The notes under the pieces are model-generated. The model was not told the origin of the DNA. It made no database searches and was given only the letters and a program-made list of their open reading frames with translations. A program made the position numbers and the translations under genes. This document shows, in pieces, positions 37,501-49,993 of a stretch of DNA of 64,000 nucleotides. Source of the DNA: Nemertoderma westbladi (Eukaryota > Animalia > Xenacoelomorpha); NCBI GenBank assembly GCA_032718475.1, contig JAUCBJ010000678.1, positions 1-64,000 on the forward strand. Reading direction: 5' to 3'. Numbering within the stretch: position 1 is the first letter of the stretch; each line of letters begins with the position of its first letter.

Positions 37501-40500
37501 TAAGTTCGCCATTATACTTACACCCATGTAAGTTAGCCATTATACTTACACCCATGTAAGTTAGCCATTATACTTACACCCATGTAAGTTCGCCATTATA
37601 CTTACACCCATGTAAGTTAGCCATTATACTTACACCCATGTAAGTTCGCCATTATACTTACACCCATGTAAGTTCGCCATTATACTTACACCCATGTAAG
37701 TTAGCCATTATACTTACACCCATGTAAGTTAGCCATTATACTTACACCCATGTAAGTTAGCCATTATACTTACACCCATGTAAGTTCGCCATTATACTTA
37801 CACCCATGTAAGTTCGCCATTATACTTACACCCATGTAAGTTCGCCATTATACTTACACCCATGTAAGTTAGCCATTATACTTACACCCATGTAAGTTCG
37901 CCATTATACTTTCACCCATGTAAGTTCGCCATTATACTTACACCCATGTAAGTTAGCCATTATACTTACATCCATGTAAGTTCGCCATTATACTTACACC
38001 CATGTAAGTTAGCCATTATACTTACACCCATGTAAGTTAGCCATTATACTTACACCCATGTAAGTTAGCCATTATACTTACACCCATCTAAGTTAGCCAT
38101 TATACTTACACCCATGTAAGTTAGCCATTATACTTACACCCATGTAAGTTAGCCATTATACTTACACCCATGTAAGTTCGCCATTATACTTACACCCATG
38201 TAAGTTAGCCATTATACTTACACCCATGTAAGTTAGCCATTATACTTACACCCATGTAAGTTCGCCATTATACTTACACCCATGTAAGTTAGCCATTATA
38301 CTTACACCCATGTAAGTTCGCCATTATACTTACACCCATGTAAGTTAGCCATTATACTTACATCCATGTAAGTTAGCCATTATACTTACACCCATGTAAG
38401 TTAGCCATTATACTTACACCCATGTAAGTTAGCCATTATACTTACACCCATGTAAGTTAGCCATTATACTTACACCCATGTAAGTTCGCCATTATACTTA
38501 CACCCATGTAAGTTAGCCATTATACTTACACCCATGTAAGTTCGCCATTATACTTACACCATGTAAGTTCGCCATTATACTTACACCCATGTAAGTTAGC
38601 CATTATACTTACACCCATGTAAGTTAGCCATTATACTTACACCCATGTAAGTTAGCCATTATACCTACACCCATGTAAGTTAGCCATTATACTTACACCC
38701 ATGTAAGTTCGCCATTATATTTACACCCATGTAAGTTCTCCATTATACTTACGCCCATGTAAGTTCGCCATTATACTTACACCCATGTAAGTTAGCCATT
38801 ATACTTACACCCATGTAAGTTAGCCATTATACTTACACCCATGTAAGTTCTCCATTATACTTACACCCATGTAAGTTCGCCATTATACTTACACCCATGT
38901 AAGTTAGCCATTATACTTACACCCATGTAAGTTCGCCATTATACTTACACCCATGTAAGTTAGCCATTATACTTACACCCATGTAAGTTAGCCATTATAC
39001 TTACACCCATATAAGTTAGCCATTATACTTACACCCATGTAAGTTCGACATTATACTTACACCCATGTAGGTTAGCCATTATACTTACACCCATGTAAGT
39101 TCGCCATTATACTTACACCCATGTAAGTTAGCCATTATACTTACATCCATGTAAGTTAGCCATTATACTTACACCCATGTAAGTTCGCCATTATACTTAC
39201 ACCCATGTAAGTTAGCCATTATACTTACACCCATGTAAGTTAGCCATTATTCTTACACCCATGTAAGTTCGCCATTATACTTACACCCATGTAAGTTCTC
39301 CATTATACTTACACCCATGTAAGTTTGCCATTATACTTACACCCATGTAAGTTAGCCATTATACTTACACCCATGTAAGTTAGCCATTATACTTACACCC
39401 ATGTAAGTTCTCCATTATACTTACACCCATGTAAGTTCGCCATTATACTTACACCCATGTAAGTTAGCCATTATACTTACACCCATGTAAGTTAGCCATT
39501 ATACTTACACCCATATAAGTTAGCCATTATACTTACACCCATGTAAGTTAGCCATTATACTTACACCCATGTAAGTTAGCCATTATACTTACACCCATAT
39601 AAGTTAGCCATTATACTTACACCCATGTAAGTTCGCCATTATACTTACACCCATGTAGGTTAGCCATTATACTTACACCCATGTAAGTTCGCCATTATAC
39701 TTACACCCATGTAAGTTAGCCATTATACTTACATCCATGTAAGTTAGCCATTATACTTACACCCATGTAAGTTCGCCATTATACTTACACCCATGTAAGT
39801 TAGCCATTATACTTACACCCATGTAAGTTCGCCATTATACTTACACCCATGTAAGTTCGCCATTATACTTACACCCATGTAAGTTAGCCATTATACTTAC
39901 ACCCATGTAAGTTCGCCATTATACTTACACCCATGTAAGTTAGCCATTATACTTACACCCATGTAAGTTCGCCATTATACTTACACCCATGTAAGTTAGC
40001 CATTATACTTACACCCATGTAAGTTCGCCATTATACTTACACCCATGTAAGTTCGCCATTATACTTACACCCATGTAAGTTAGCCATTATACTTACACCC
40101 ATGTAAGTTCGCCATTATACTTACACCCATGTAAGTTAGCCATTATACTTACACCCATGTAAGTTCGCCATTATACTTACACCCATGTAAGTTCGCCATT
40201 ATACTTACACCCATGTAAGTTAGCCATTATACTTACACCCATGTAAGTTAGCCATTATACTTACACCCATGTAAGTTAGCCATTATACTTACACCCATGT
40301 AAGTTCGCCATTATACTTACACCCATGTAAGTTCGCCATTATACTTACACCCATGTAAGTTCGCCATTATACTTACACCCATGTAAGTTAGCCATTATAC
40401 TTACACCCATGTAAGTTCGCCATTATACTTTCACCCATGTAAGTTCGCCATTATACTTACACCCATGTAAGTTAGCAATTATACTTACATCCATGTAAGT

Positions 40501-41668
40501 TCGCCATTATACTTACACCCATGTAAGTTAGCCATTATACTTACACCCATGTAAGTTAGCCATTATACTTACACCCATGTAAGTTAGCCATTATACTTAC
40601 ACCCATCTAAGTTAGCCATTATACTTACACCCATGTAAGTTAGCCATTATACTTACACCCATGTAAGTTAGCCATTATACTTAAACCCATGTAAGTTCGC
40701 CATTATACTTACACCCATGTAAGTTAGCCATTATACTTACACCCATGTAAGTTCGCCATTATACTTACACCCATGTAAGTTAGCCATTATACTTTCACCC
40801 ATGTAAGTTCGCCATTATACTTACACCCATGTAAGTTCGCCATTATACTTACACCCATGTAAGTTCGCCATTATACTTACATCCATGTAAGTTCGCCATT
40901 ATACTTACACCCATGTAAGTTAGCCATTATACTTACACCCATGTAAGTTAGCCATTATACTTACATCCATGTAAGTTCGCCATTATACTTACACCCATGT
41001 AAGTTAGCCATTATACTTACACCCATGTAAGTTCGCCATTATACTTACACCCATGTAAGTTAGCCATTATACTTACATCCATGTAAGTTAGCCATTATAC
41101 TTACACCCATGTAAGTTAGCCATTATACTTACACCCATGTAAGTTAGCCATTATACTTACACCCATGTAAGTTCGCCATTATACTTACTTACACCCATGT
41201 AAGTTAGCCATTATACTTATATCCATGTAAGTTCGCCATTATACTTACACCCATGTAAGTTAGCCATTATACTTACACCCATGTAAGTTCGCCATTATAC
41301 TTACACCCATGTAAGTTAGCCATTATACTTACACCCATGTAAGTTCGCCATTATACCTACACCCATGTAAGTTAGCCATTATACTTACACCCATGTAAGT
41401 TCGCCATTATACTTACACCCATGTAAGTTCTCCATTATACTTACATCAATGTAAGTTCGCCATTATACTTACACCCATGTAAGTTAGCCATTATACTTAC
41501 ACCCATGTAAGTTAGCCATTATACTTACACCCATGTAAGTTCTCCATTATACTTACACCCATGTAAGTTCGCCATTATACTTACACCCATGTAAGTTAGC
41601 CATTATACTTACACCCATGTAAGTTAGCCATTATACGTACACCCATGTAAGTTAGCCATTATACTTAC

Positions 41669-43347
41669 TAGGGATGTCCCGGAATTCCGTTCCGGCCGGA
41701 ATTCCGGCGGTTTTTGCCCGATTCCGGTTCCGGCCGGAATTGCCGGAATGGGGTCAATTCCGGCCGGAATTTTACCGGAATTACCAGGTTCCTAACTAGT
41801 TTGATAGTTGCCAATTGCATTAGTTTGTGAAATTATTATCAAAATTTACATATTTTTTTTAACATATATACTTACCAATTATTGTTTAAGATGCAGTACT
41901 TGTCAACACTTGTAAGAAAAAGTACAGAAGTAAAATTTTCTTCGGCCGTTAGCTTAGAGCTACCATTTAAGGATGCAAAGCAGATATAGATACCCCATGA
42001 TAGCCTCTTTAAATCATTCGTACCTAAACGAAAACTGCCGTGGCCCATGCGAGCTTCGAACCCACAACCTCCAGATAGAATGCCAGATTCAATGCAATTA
42101 GTTCACATTTGTAAAATCTTTTGTCGTTCAGAAGATTTTTTATGAAATGCATTGGGCCCGTGCTCCACTGGTAAGTCATTTAAGTCGTTTTCAGATTTTG
42201 TCTTCAGAATGTTTTCAGAATGTCAAAATTACACCTCCCTTGCTCCACTGGTAACACATTTTTAAGTCAAAAGTCATTTGTTAAAAAATATAAGTTAAGT
42301 CTCACATTTACAAAATCATTTACAATTTAACAGGTATTGCTTTCAGCATGCCTAAGTCATGAATCGTATGTCACAAAAAGATGGAACATGGGACATAATC
42401 ACTTTCGCTCATAAGTCGTTACTTACGATTTACCAGTAGAGTGGAGACGCTCCCATTGAAACCAATGTGTTGGTGTTCCATAATAAATTTTGACTTACGA
42501 ATTAAGACTTACCAGTGAAACATGGGCCTTAACGAGTGGTTTTACAATCTGCTTATATTATAACGTTTTTTAGATTGATTTACATTATTATTCATTGATT
42601 TTACATTATTTTATTTTGATATAATTATTAAATAATATGATAGTATTAATATTGGTATTGTCCAACATAACATAGGATTACCCCTAAAGTTTTGCAGCTT
42701 ATTTCCAAGGATTCCTTTATGTTACTTGGTTACAAATAGGCCTGCGTCTTTAGGTCCTGCAAGTGTGGTCGTTGGGTCATGCGTCAATATTCCCTGCGTC
42801 GTAGGTGCTGCATATAGTACAGTATGTTTATTTATATTTACAGCAAAGCTATTTCTTACCAGAAATCTATTTATTCCCAGCAAAATTAAACTGTAAGATA
42901 TACTACTAACTTTCGTTTATTGTTCTGGTTCGAATAACATGTCACTGTAACATGCCCCTTTCCCTTAACGACACCAGGATATTGCACTAAACAACCCAAA
43001 GACGCAAAACCGTAGGAAACCCGAAACCGCTGGTCAACGTATTTTTTTAGGTATGAGCCTAAAACCCTAACTTTTGGCCAAAGATATAGGTTTCTAAAAA
43101 AACAAGGAAATTTAATTCCCTGTCGTATAACGCCGAAGTACCCCCCTCCCGTCCCCAAAATAGGCCGTAACGTGCCAAAATTCGTTTATTTCACAAAAAA
43201 TATAAGGTTTCATGGGTCATTTAGTGTATTTCTCTAATTTATACAAAATTCCGGTTCCGGCCGGAATTCCGGCCGGAATATTCCGGCATGTTGAATTCCG
43301 GTTCCGGTTCCGGCCGGAATCAAAATATTGATTCCGGGACATCCCTA
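41669..43347. mobile_element. Non-autonomous hAT (Ac/Ds-like) element, copy 1
   Basis: 17-bp TIR TAGGGATGTCCCGGAAT, subterminal CCGGAAT repeats, 8-bp TSD ATACTTAC/TTACTTAC, no transposase ORF. Confidence 0.85.
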
Positions 43348-43635
43348 TTACTTACATCCATGTAAGTTCGCCATTATACTTACACCCATGTAAGTTCGCC
43401 ATTATACTTACACCCATGTAAGTTAGCCATTATACTTACACCCATGTAAGTTAGCCATTATACTTACACCCATGTAAGTTCGCCATTATACTTACACCCA
43501 TGTAAGTTCGCCATTATACTTACACCCATGTAAGTTCGCCATTATACTTACACCCATGTAAGTTAGCCATTATACTTACACCCATGTAAGTTAGCCATTA
43601 TACGTACACCCATGTAAGTTAGCCATTATACTTAC

Positions 43636-45314
43636 TAGGGATGTCCCGGAATTCCGTTCCGGCCGGAATTCCGGCGGTTTTTGCCCGATTCCGGTTCCGG
43701 CCGGAATTGCCGGAATGGGGTCAATTCCGGCCGGAATTTTACCGGAATTACCAGGTTCCTAACTAGTTTGATAGTTGCCAATTGCATTAGTTTGTGAAAT
43801 TATTATCAAAATTTACATATTTTTTTTAACATATATACTTACCAATTATTGTTTAAGATGCAGTACTTGTCAACACTTGTAAGAAAAAGTACAGAAGTAA
43901 AATTTTCTTCGGCCGTTAGCTTAGAGCTACCATTTAAGGATGCAAAGCAGATATAGATACCCCATGATAGCCTCTTTAAATCATTCGTACCTAAACGAAA
44001 ACTGCCGTGGCCCATGCGAGCTTCGAACCCACAACCTCCAGATAGAATGCCAGATTCAATGCAATTAGTTCACATTTGTAAAATCTTTTGTCGTTCAGAA
44101 GATTTTTTATGAAATGCATTGGGCCCGTGCTCCACTGGTAAGTCATTTAAGTCGTTTTCAGATTTTGTCTTCAGAATGTTTTCAGAATGTCAAAATTACA
44201 CCTCCCTTGCTCCACTGGTAACACATTTTTAAGTCAAAAGTCATTTGTTAAAAAATATAAGTTAAGTCTCACATTTACAAAATCATTTACAATTTAACAG
44301 GTATTGCTTTCAGCATGCCTAAGTCATGAGTCGTATGTCACAAAAAGATGGAACATGGGACATAATCACTTTCGCTCATAAGTCGTTACTTACGATTTAC
44401 CAGTAGAGTGGAGACGCTCCCATTGAAACCAATGTGTTGGTGTTCCATAATAAATTTTGACTTACGAATTAAGACTTACCAGTGAAACATGGGCCTTAAC
44501 GAGTGGTTTTACAATCTGCTTATATTATAACGTTTTTTAGATTGATTTACATTATTATTCATTGATTTTACATTATTTTATTTTGATATAATTATTAAAT
44601 AATATGATAGTATTAATATTGGTATTGTCCAACATAACATAGGATTACCCCTAAAGTTTTGCAGCTTATTTCCAAGGATTCCTTTATGTTACTTGGTTAC
44701 AAATAGGCCTGCGTCTTTAGGTCCTGCAAGTGTGGTCGTTGGGTCATGCGTCAATATTCCCTGCGTCGTAGGTGCTGCATATAGTACAGTATGTTTATTT
44801 ATATTTACAGCAAAGCTATTTCTTACCAGAAATCTATTTATTCCCAGCAAAATTAAACTGTAAGATATACTACTAACTTTCGTTTATTGTTCTGGTTCGA
44901 ATAACATGTCACTGTAACATGCCCCTTTCCCTTAACGACACCAGGATATTGCACTAAACAACCCAAAGACGCAAAACCGTAGGAAACCCGAAACCGCTGG
45001 TCAACGTATTTTTTTAGGTATGAGCCTAAAACCCTAACTTTTGGCCAAAGATATAGGTTTCTAAAAAAACAAGGAAATTTAATTCCCTGTCGTATAACGC
45101 CGAAGTACCCCCCTCCCGTCCCCAAAATAGGCCGTAACGTGCCAAAATTCGTTTATTTCACAAAAAATATAAGGTTTCATGGGTCATTTAGTGTATTTCT
45201 CTAATTTATACAAAATTCCGGTTCCGGCCGGAATTCCGGCCGGAATATTCCGGCATGTTGAATTCCGGTTCCGGTTCCGGCCGGAATCAAAATATTGATT
45301 CCGGGACATCCCTA
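43636..45314. mobile_element. Non-autonomous hAT element, copy 2
   Basis: Almost identical to copy 1 at offset 1967, with the same flanks. Confidence 0.85.
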
Positions 45315-45653
45315 TTACTTACATCCATGTAAGTTCGCCATTATACTTACACCCATGTAAGTTCGCCATTATACTTACACCCATGTAAGTTAGCCATTAT
45401 ACTTACACCCATGTAAGTTAGCCATTATACTTACACCCATGTAAGTTCGCCATTATACTTACACCCATGTAAGTTAGCCATTATACGTACACCCATGTAA
45501 GTTCGCCATTATACTTACACCCATGTAAGTTAGCCATTATACTTACACCCATGTAAGTTCGCCATTATACTTACACCCATGTAAGTTAGCCATTATACTT
45601 ACACCCATAAACACAAACAATAATATTTCCATTTTACTATTTTCTTTCCACAG

Positions 45654-46290
45654 ATATAAAGATTTAATTTCCCGACTTGGCCGTGACATTGCTCAATACA
45701 TATCCTCCGGGGAAGCTTCCCCTATAGACCCCGACTCTATCGTGCTGGGGACCCCCTGTCTGGCCCCGTTCGCCGACCAAGGCGGACGACTCTACTACCG
45801 CGGGAGGATCGATAAAGTTTCCCGCACCAGCGGAATCGCATTCGTATTTTTCCTCGATTACGGGAACTCGGAAATCGTTCCAATCTCGGAGATTGTCTGC
45901 TGTCCGGACTTCCGGACGGAGTACCTTGCCACTGAGGTCCGGATGGCCGGTGTATCCGCCGCACGAGGTGCCGCGCGCAGCGAGGAATGCGACAACCAGT
46001 TCGCAAAGATGTTTCGATTGTTCGGCGATTATAAACTCGAGGTTTATTCCGTAGTCGATGGGGTGGTCCGCGCCGTTGTCTACGATGCGCCACCCAGCGG
46101 TGACGACATGAACTCGCTTACCGTGGCGAATAATCTCGGGTTTGCCGTTGACGAGAGTTTTGCCTCCAGGAGTGATCACGTGCTGCGCGAAGGGGGTTTA
46201 GGGAGTACAGCAGCTGTTGAGATTTCGGTTAAGCCGGGGGATCTGCCACAAATCCCCCCGCTAGAGGCGCAACAGAAACGCCACCTTAAG
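45654..46290 (+). CDS. TDRD9: spindle-E/TDRD9 exon 7 (Tudor domain)
   Basis: CLAPF, YYRGRI, VFFLDYGNSE; TTTCCACAG acceptor, AAG|GTAGGT donor. Confidence 0.9.
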
Positions 46291-46414
46291 GTAGGTATGG
46301 GAAGCTCGTTATTATTAATATCTCGACCACGACAGTGACAGGTTTTTAAGAGGACAATTTTTTTATCTATTGTAAATATTTATGAACCAAATTCGTTTTT
46401 TTCTGTGCGCTATA

Positions 46415-46803
46415 CCGTATTTACTCGAATAAGAGCCTGGGCGTGTAAGCTTATTAAGTTTATTCGGGAAGGCGTTATGTTTATGTTCTAGATTTTCAGC
46501 ATTTTGAATCTAAATACCCTAGTAAAAAAATAGGGCCAGCCTACACAGTACACATACATTAGTTACTTCTTGACTCGGCAATCGAAACCCTAGACAAAAA
46601 GTCTCCGTAAACCTAACTGGGAAACCTCCGTCTAACCCTAATTGGAACCTAAAGCAGGCATACATCAGGCCTTTCTGACCTGAAATACCAATATCTTATT
46701 TTAATACAGTATTAATATGAATAAACGCCGCGGCGTTTATTCTGGGAAGGCGTTTAAGTTGCTAATTTGATGGTAATGGGGGAGTTTATTCGAGTAAATA
46801 CGG
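46415..46803. mobile_element. Tc1/mariner-type MITE in intron 7
   Basis: TIR CCGTATTTACTCGAATAA / TTATTCGAGTAAATACGG; TA on the left flank only. Confidence 0.65.
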
Positions 46804-46928
46804 AATGCGTGTTTTCACCAAAATAAATATTTACAATTTTTTATATTGCTCAAAGAACTTTAAATAAAAATGCTGAGGGAAATTGTAATTATGGTGCTAC
46901 AAAAAATAATATTTTTATATTAATTTAG

Positions 46929-47606
46929 GGGCCGGACAGTGAATTAGAGACGAGTTTCACTGGACTGACTCAATTAGTGGCTAAGAAGTCAGTGCGAGTT
47001 GAACGGGACAGCATCAACTCAGTAGCGATAAACGCGAGTCCGTGGGACAAACGAACCCAGTTGATGGTCGCCCAGACGGTCTGCATCAACGAGACCAGCA
47101 CCGTGGTCTCCGCGCGGTCCACCACAATCCTCCCCAAACTCCCCGGGTTGGCCTCCCTGGTTACCATGGTGTTCGCCCCGGTGGTGGACCTGCGGTACAA
47201 CCCGGGTGCCGCCACCATCGCGGGGTTTCTCTCCGGGTTGGGGCCCGACGACTCGGGGGTTCCTCTGCTCCCAGACCACGACATCGTCCATCGGTTCGAC
47301 ACCGAGTTCTCCCCCAACGATATCGTCGCTATCAACTACATCCGCGTTCTTATCAGTCGGTTCCTGGGCGCCTCGGGAGAGGGCGTGTCGTGGTGCGCGA
47401 AGCCCCGAGTACTCGCCTCCGTTCAGGAGAAACTCCGATCGGTTCTCGTCGATCTCGCGTCAACTAATCGAGCCCAACTGCATCCTGAGCAATGGAAGTC
47501 GCGTAGTTCGTGGTTCCCGGTCCGACAGATTGTCGACCCCTCCGAGGATGTGGATAATCTCTTGCACGTGATTGGTGTCAATCAATACTACGATATATCT
47601 AATTGA
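46929..47606 (+). CDS. TDRD9: spindle-E/TDRD9 exon 8 (last)
   Basis: GPDSELE, VERDSINSV, TTILPKLPGL..LVTMVFAP, SGLG; TGA at 47604-47606; AATAAA at 47606 and 47639. Confidence 0.9.
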   Translation, partial: GPDSELETSFTGLTQLVAKKSVRVERDSINSVAINASPWDKRTQLMVAQTVCINETSTVVSARSTTILPKLPGLASLVTMVFAPVVDLRYNPGAATIAGFLSGLGPDDSGVPLLPDHDIVHRFDTEFSPNDIVAINYIRVLISRFLGASGEGVSWCAKPRVLASVQEKLRSVLVDLASTNRAQLHPEQWKSRSSWFPVRQIVDPSEDVDNLLHVIGVNQYYDISN

Positions 47607-47694
47607 ATAAATAATGGCAGTTACGCTTAACTATTAGAAATAAAACAGAGAAAATCGTTTTTACATATCGGGATATTTCAAGTGCAATTGTTAC

Positions 47695-48760
47695 TGTTTT
47701 GTTGCCTTTATGTTTGTTGCGTTTATGTTTGTTGCCTTTATGTTTGTTGCCTTTATGTTTGTTGCCTTTATGTTTGTTGCCTTTATGTTTGTTGCGTTTA
47801 TGTTTGTTGCCTTTATGTTTGTTGACTTTATGTTTGTTGCCTTTATGTTTGTTGCCTTTATGTTTGTTGCCTTTATGTTTGTTGCGTTTATGTTTGTTGC
47901 GTTTATTTTTGTTGCCTTTATGTTTGTTGCGTTTATGTTTGTTGCCTTTATGTTTGTTGCCTTTATGTTTGTTGCCTTTATGTTTGTTGCCTTTATGTTG
48001 GTTGCCTTTATGTTGGTTGCCTTTATGTTTGTTGCCTTTATGTTTGTTGCCTTTATGTTTGTTGCCTTTATGTTTGTTGCCTTTATGTTTGTTGCCTTTA
48101 TGTTTGTTGCCTTTATGTTTGTTGCGTTTATGTTTGTTGCGTTTATGTTTGTTGCCTTTATGTTTGTTGCCTTTATGTTTGTTGCCTTTATGTTTGTTGC
48201 CTTTATGTTTGTTGCGTTTATGTTTGTTGCCTTTATGTTTGTTGACTTTATGTTTGTTGCCTTTATGTTTGTTGCCTTTATGTTTGTTGCCTTTATGTTT
48301 GTTGCCTTTATGTTTGTTGCCTTTATGTTTGTTGCCTTTATGTTTGTTGCCTTTATGTTTGTTGCCTTTGTGTTTGTTGCCTTTATGTTTGTTGCCTTTA
48401 TGTTTGTTGCCTTTATGTTTGTTGCCTTTATGTTTGTTGCCTTTATGTTTGTTGCCTTTATGTTTGTTGACTTTATGTTTGTTGCCTTTATGTTTGTTGC
48501 CTTTATGTTTGTTGCCTTTATGTTTGTTGCCTTTATGTTTGTTGCCTTTATGTTTGTTGCCTTTATGTTTGTTGCCTTTATGTTTGTTGCCTTTATGTTT
48601 GTTGCCTTTATGTTTGTTGCCTTTATGTTTGTTGCCTTTATGTTTGTTGCCTTTATGTTTGTTGCCTTTATGTTTGTTGCCTTTATGTTTGTTGCCTTTA
48701 TGTTTGTTACCCTTATGTTTGTTGCCTTTATATTTGTTGCCTTTATGTTTGTTGCCTTTA
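47695..48760. repeat. 15-bp minisatellite (about 70 copies)
   Basis: Unit TGTTTGTTGCCTTTA. Confidence 0.97.
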
Positions 48761-49292
48761 ACTCTAAAAACATAATTTTTTATGGAGAAAATGACTGAAA
48801 GAATACTGCAGTGTGTTGATGTATCATGTGCTGCGCGAATGGCTCCGAGGCGTGGTAGATTTGTGTTAACGTATTGTACGTTTATTATTAATTAGCTGAT
48901 TACAAATTTTATAAACTTTTCAGCACAAATAACTTATATTTAATTTGGCTTACGTGTAAATTCTGTCGATAAGCTTTTAGTTTAATAAATAAATTCAGTG
49001 CTAATAAATATCTAATTGAATTGAATGAGATGAAAATAGTATTTCCTGAATCAAATATGGTTATTGTTATTATAAAATTACATATTAATTAATGTTTGAT
49101 AGTATTAACAATCGAAATTTGTAAAATATTTCGATCGATTATCGATGATTTTCGATTATTACAAATCTGTATTATACTGATGAAGTCTCTATAAATAAAT
49201 AATTATGTAATTATGAAATTCAAAGTGGTAGATAATCATCAGTGTAGGTGTAGGACTAATGGTAAACTAATAGGAAATAATATTGTTTTTTA

Positions 49293-49424
49293 TTATAACT
49301 ACTATATCATGTCCCGTAATATAGTGTCATTTTTTGATGAATGAGAATCTGGGGGGGGGGGGGGGAGTGTCCGTGTCATCAGAAAATGACACTATATTAC
49401 GGGTCATGGTGTATATAGTTATAA
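49293..49424. repeat. Small inverted repeat around a poly-G run
   Basis: CCCGTAATATAGTGTCATTTT(T)TGATGA ... TCATCAGAAAATGACACTATATTACGGG. Confidence 0.7.
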
Positions 49425-49993
49425 CTATTTAGAAGGTAACAATTTTCGCTATTTAAGTAATACATTACGCTATTAGTATGAGAAACGTGAGTCAATTAAA
49501 AGTTGTGTCAAGCAAACGTAGTCCTTTATATCATGCCAGTCCCAACTGTAAATATATTCTGTTTCAATATATTGAAACTTAACAGAGGATGGAAATAAGA
49601 TAAGAATTGAGTTAACCCTTTACTGCATGACTTTTTGTTTCAAGCGATAAAAAAATATTTGTATCCTGATTTTAAAAGCATTTTGCACACTAAGTTTGAT
49701 CCAAAAAGAATTTTTCGAAAATATTAACTAGTTCAAAAGTTACAGAGATGTCGTTCTAGAACAACACCATGCGCTCGGAGGACTTTTCGTAAACTATTGT
49801 TGGCAATACAATATTCAACTCTACCGGGTTTTCTGCCTCAGCATACATTTGCTTGGGGTTCTGGGGCAATGATTATGTATTATCCGGTTTAAATAGTTTA
49901 AAATTTCGAAGGGTTTGTTGTTGTACAACGTCATTATGCAAAGAATATTTAAAATTTATTGATAACGTGTATTAACGTTAATAAAATGTATTG

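Larger units (their letters stand above)
34488..45608 (+). repeat. 28-bp satellite (roughly 275 copies) filling intron 6, interrupted by two hAT copies
   Basis: Unit ATACTTACACCCAT-GTAAGT-T(C/A)GCCATT; blocks about 34488-41668, 43348-43635 and 45315-45608. Confidence 0.97.

Noticed and set aside
42035-42085. tRNA gene
   Set aside because: Only a minus-strand GGTTCGAA T-arm-like remnant; no complete cloverleaf. More likely a SINE fragment.
42886-45125. Duplicated 90-aa ORF as a transposase
   Set aside because: TTG start, no BED finger or DDE motif; identical only because the element is duplicated.
34488-45608. CRISPR array (28-bp palindromic repeat)
   Set aside because: Units are contiguous with no unique spacers, there are no cas genes, and the context is a spliceosomal intron.
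47691-48798. Long ORFs (KATNI, LLPLC, MFVAF repeats)
   Set aside because: They result from a stop-free 15-bp unit that is open in several frames on both strands.
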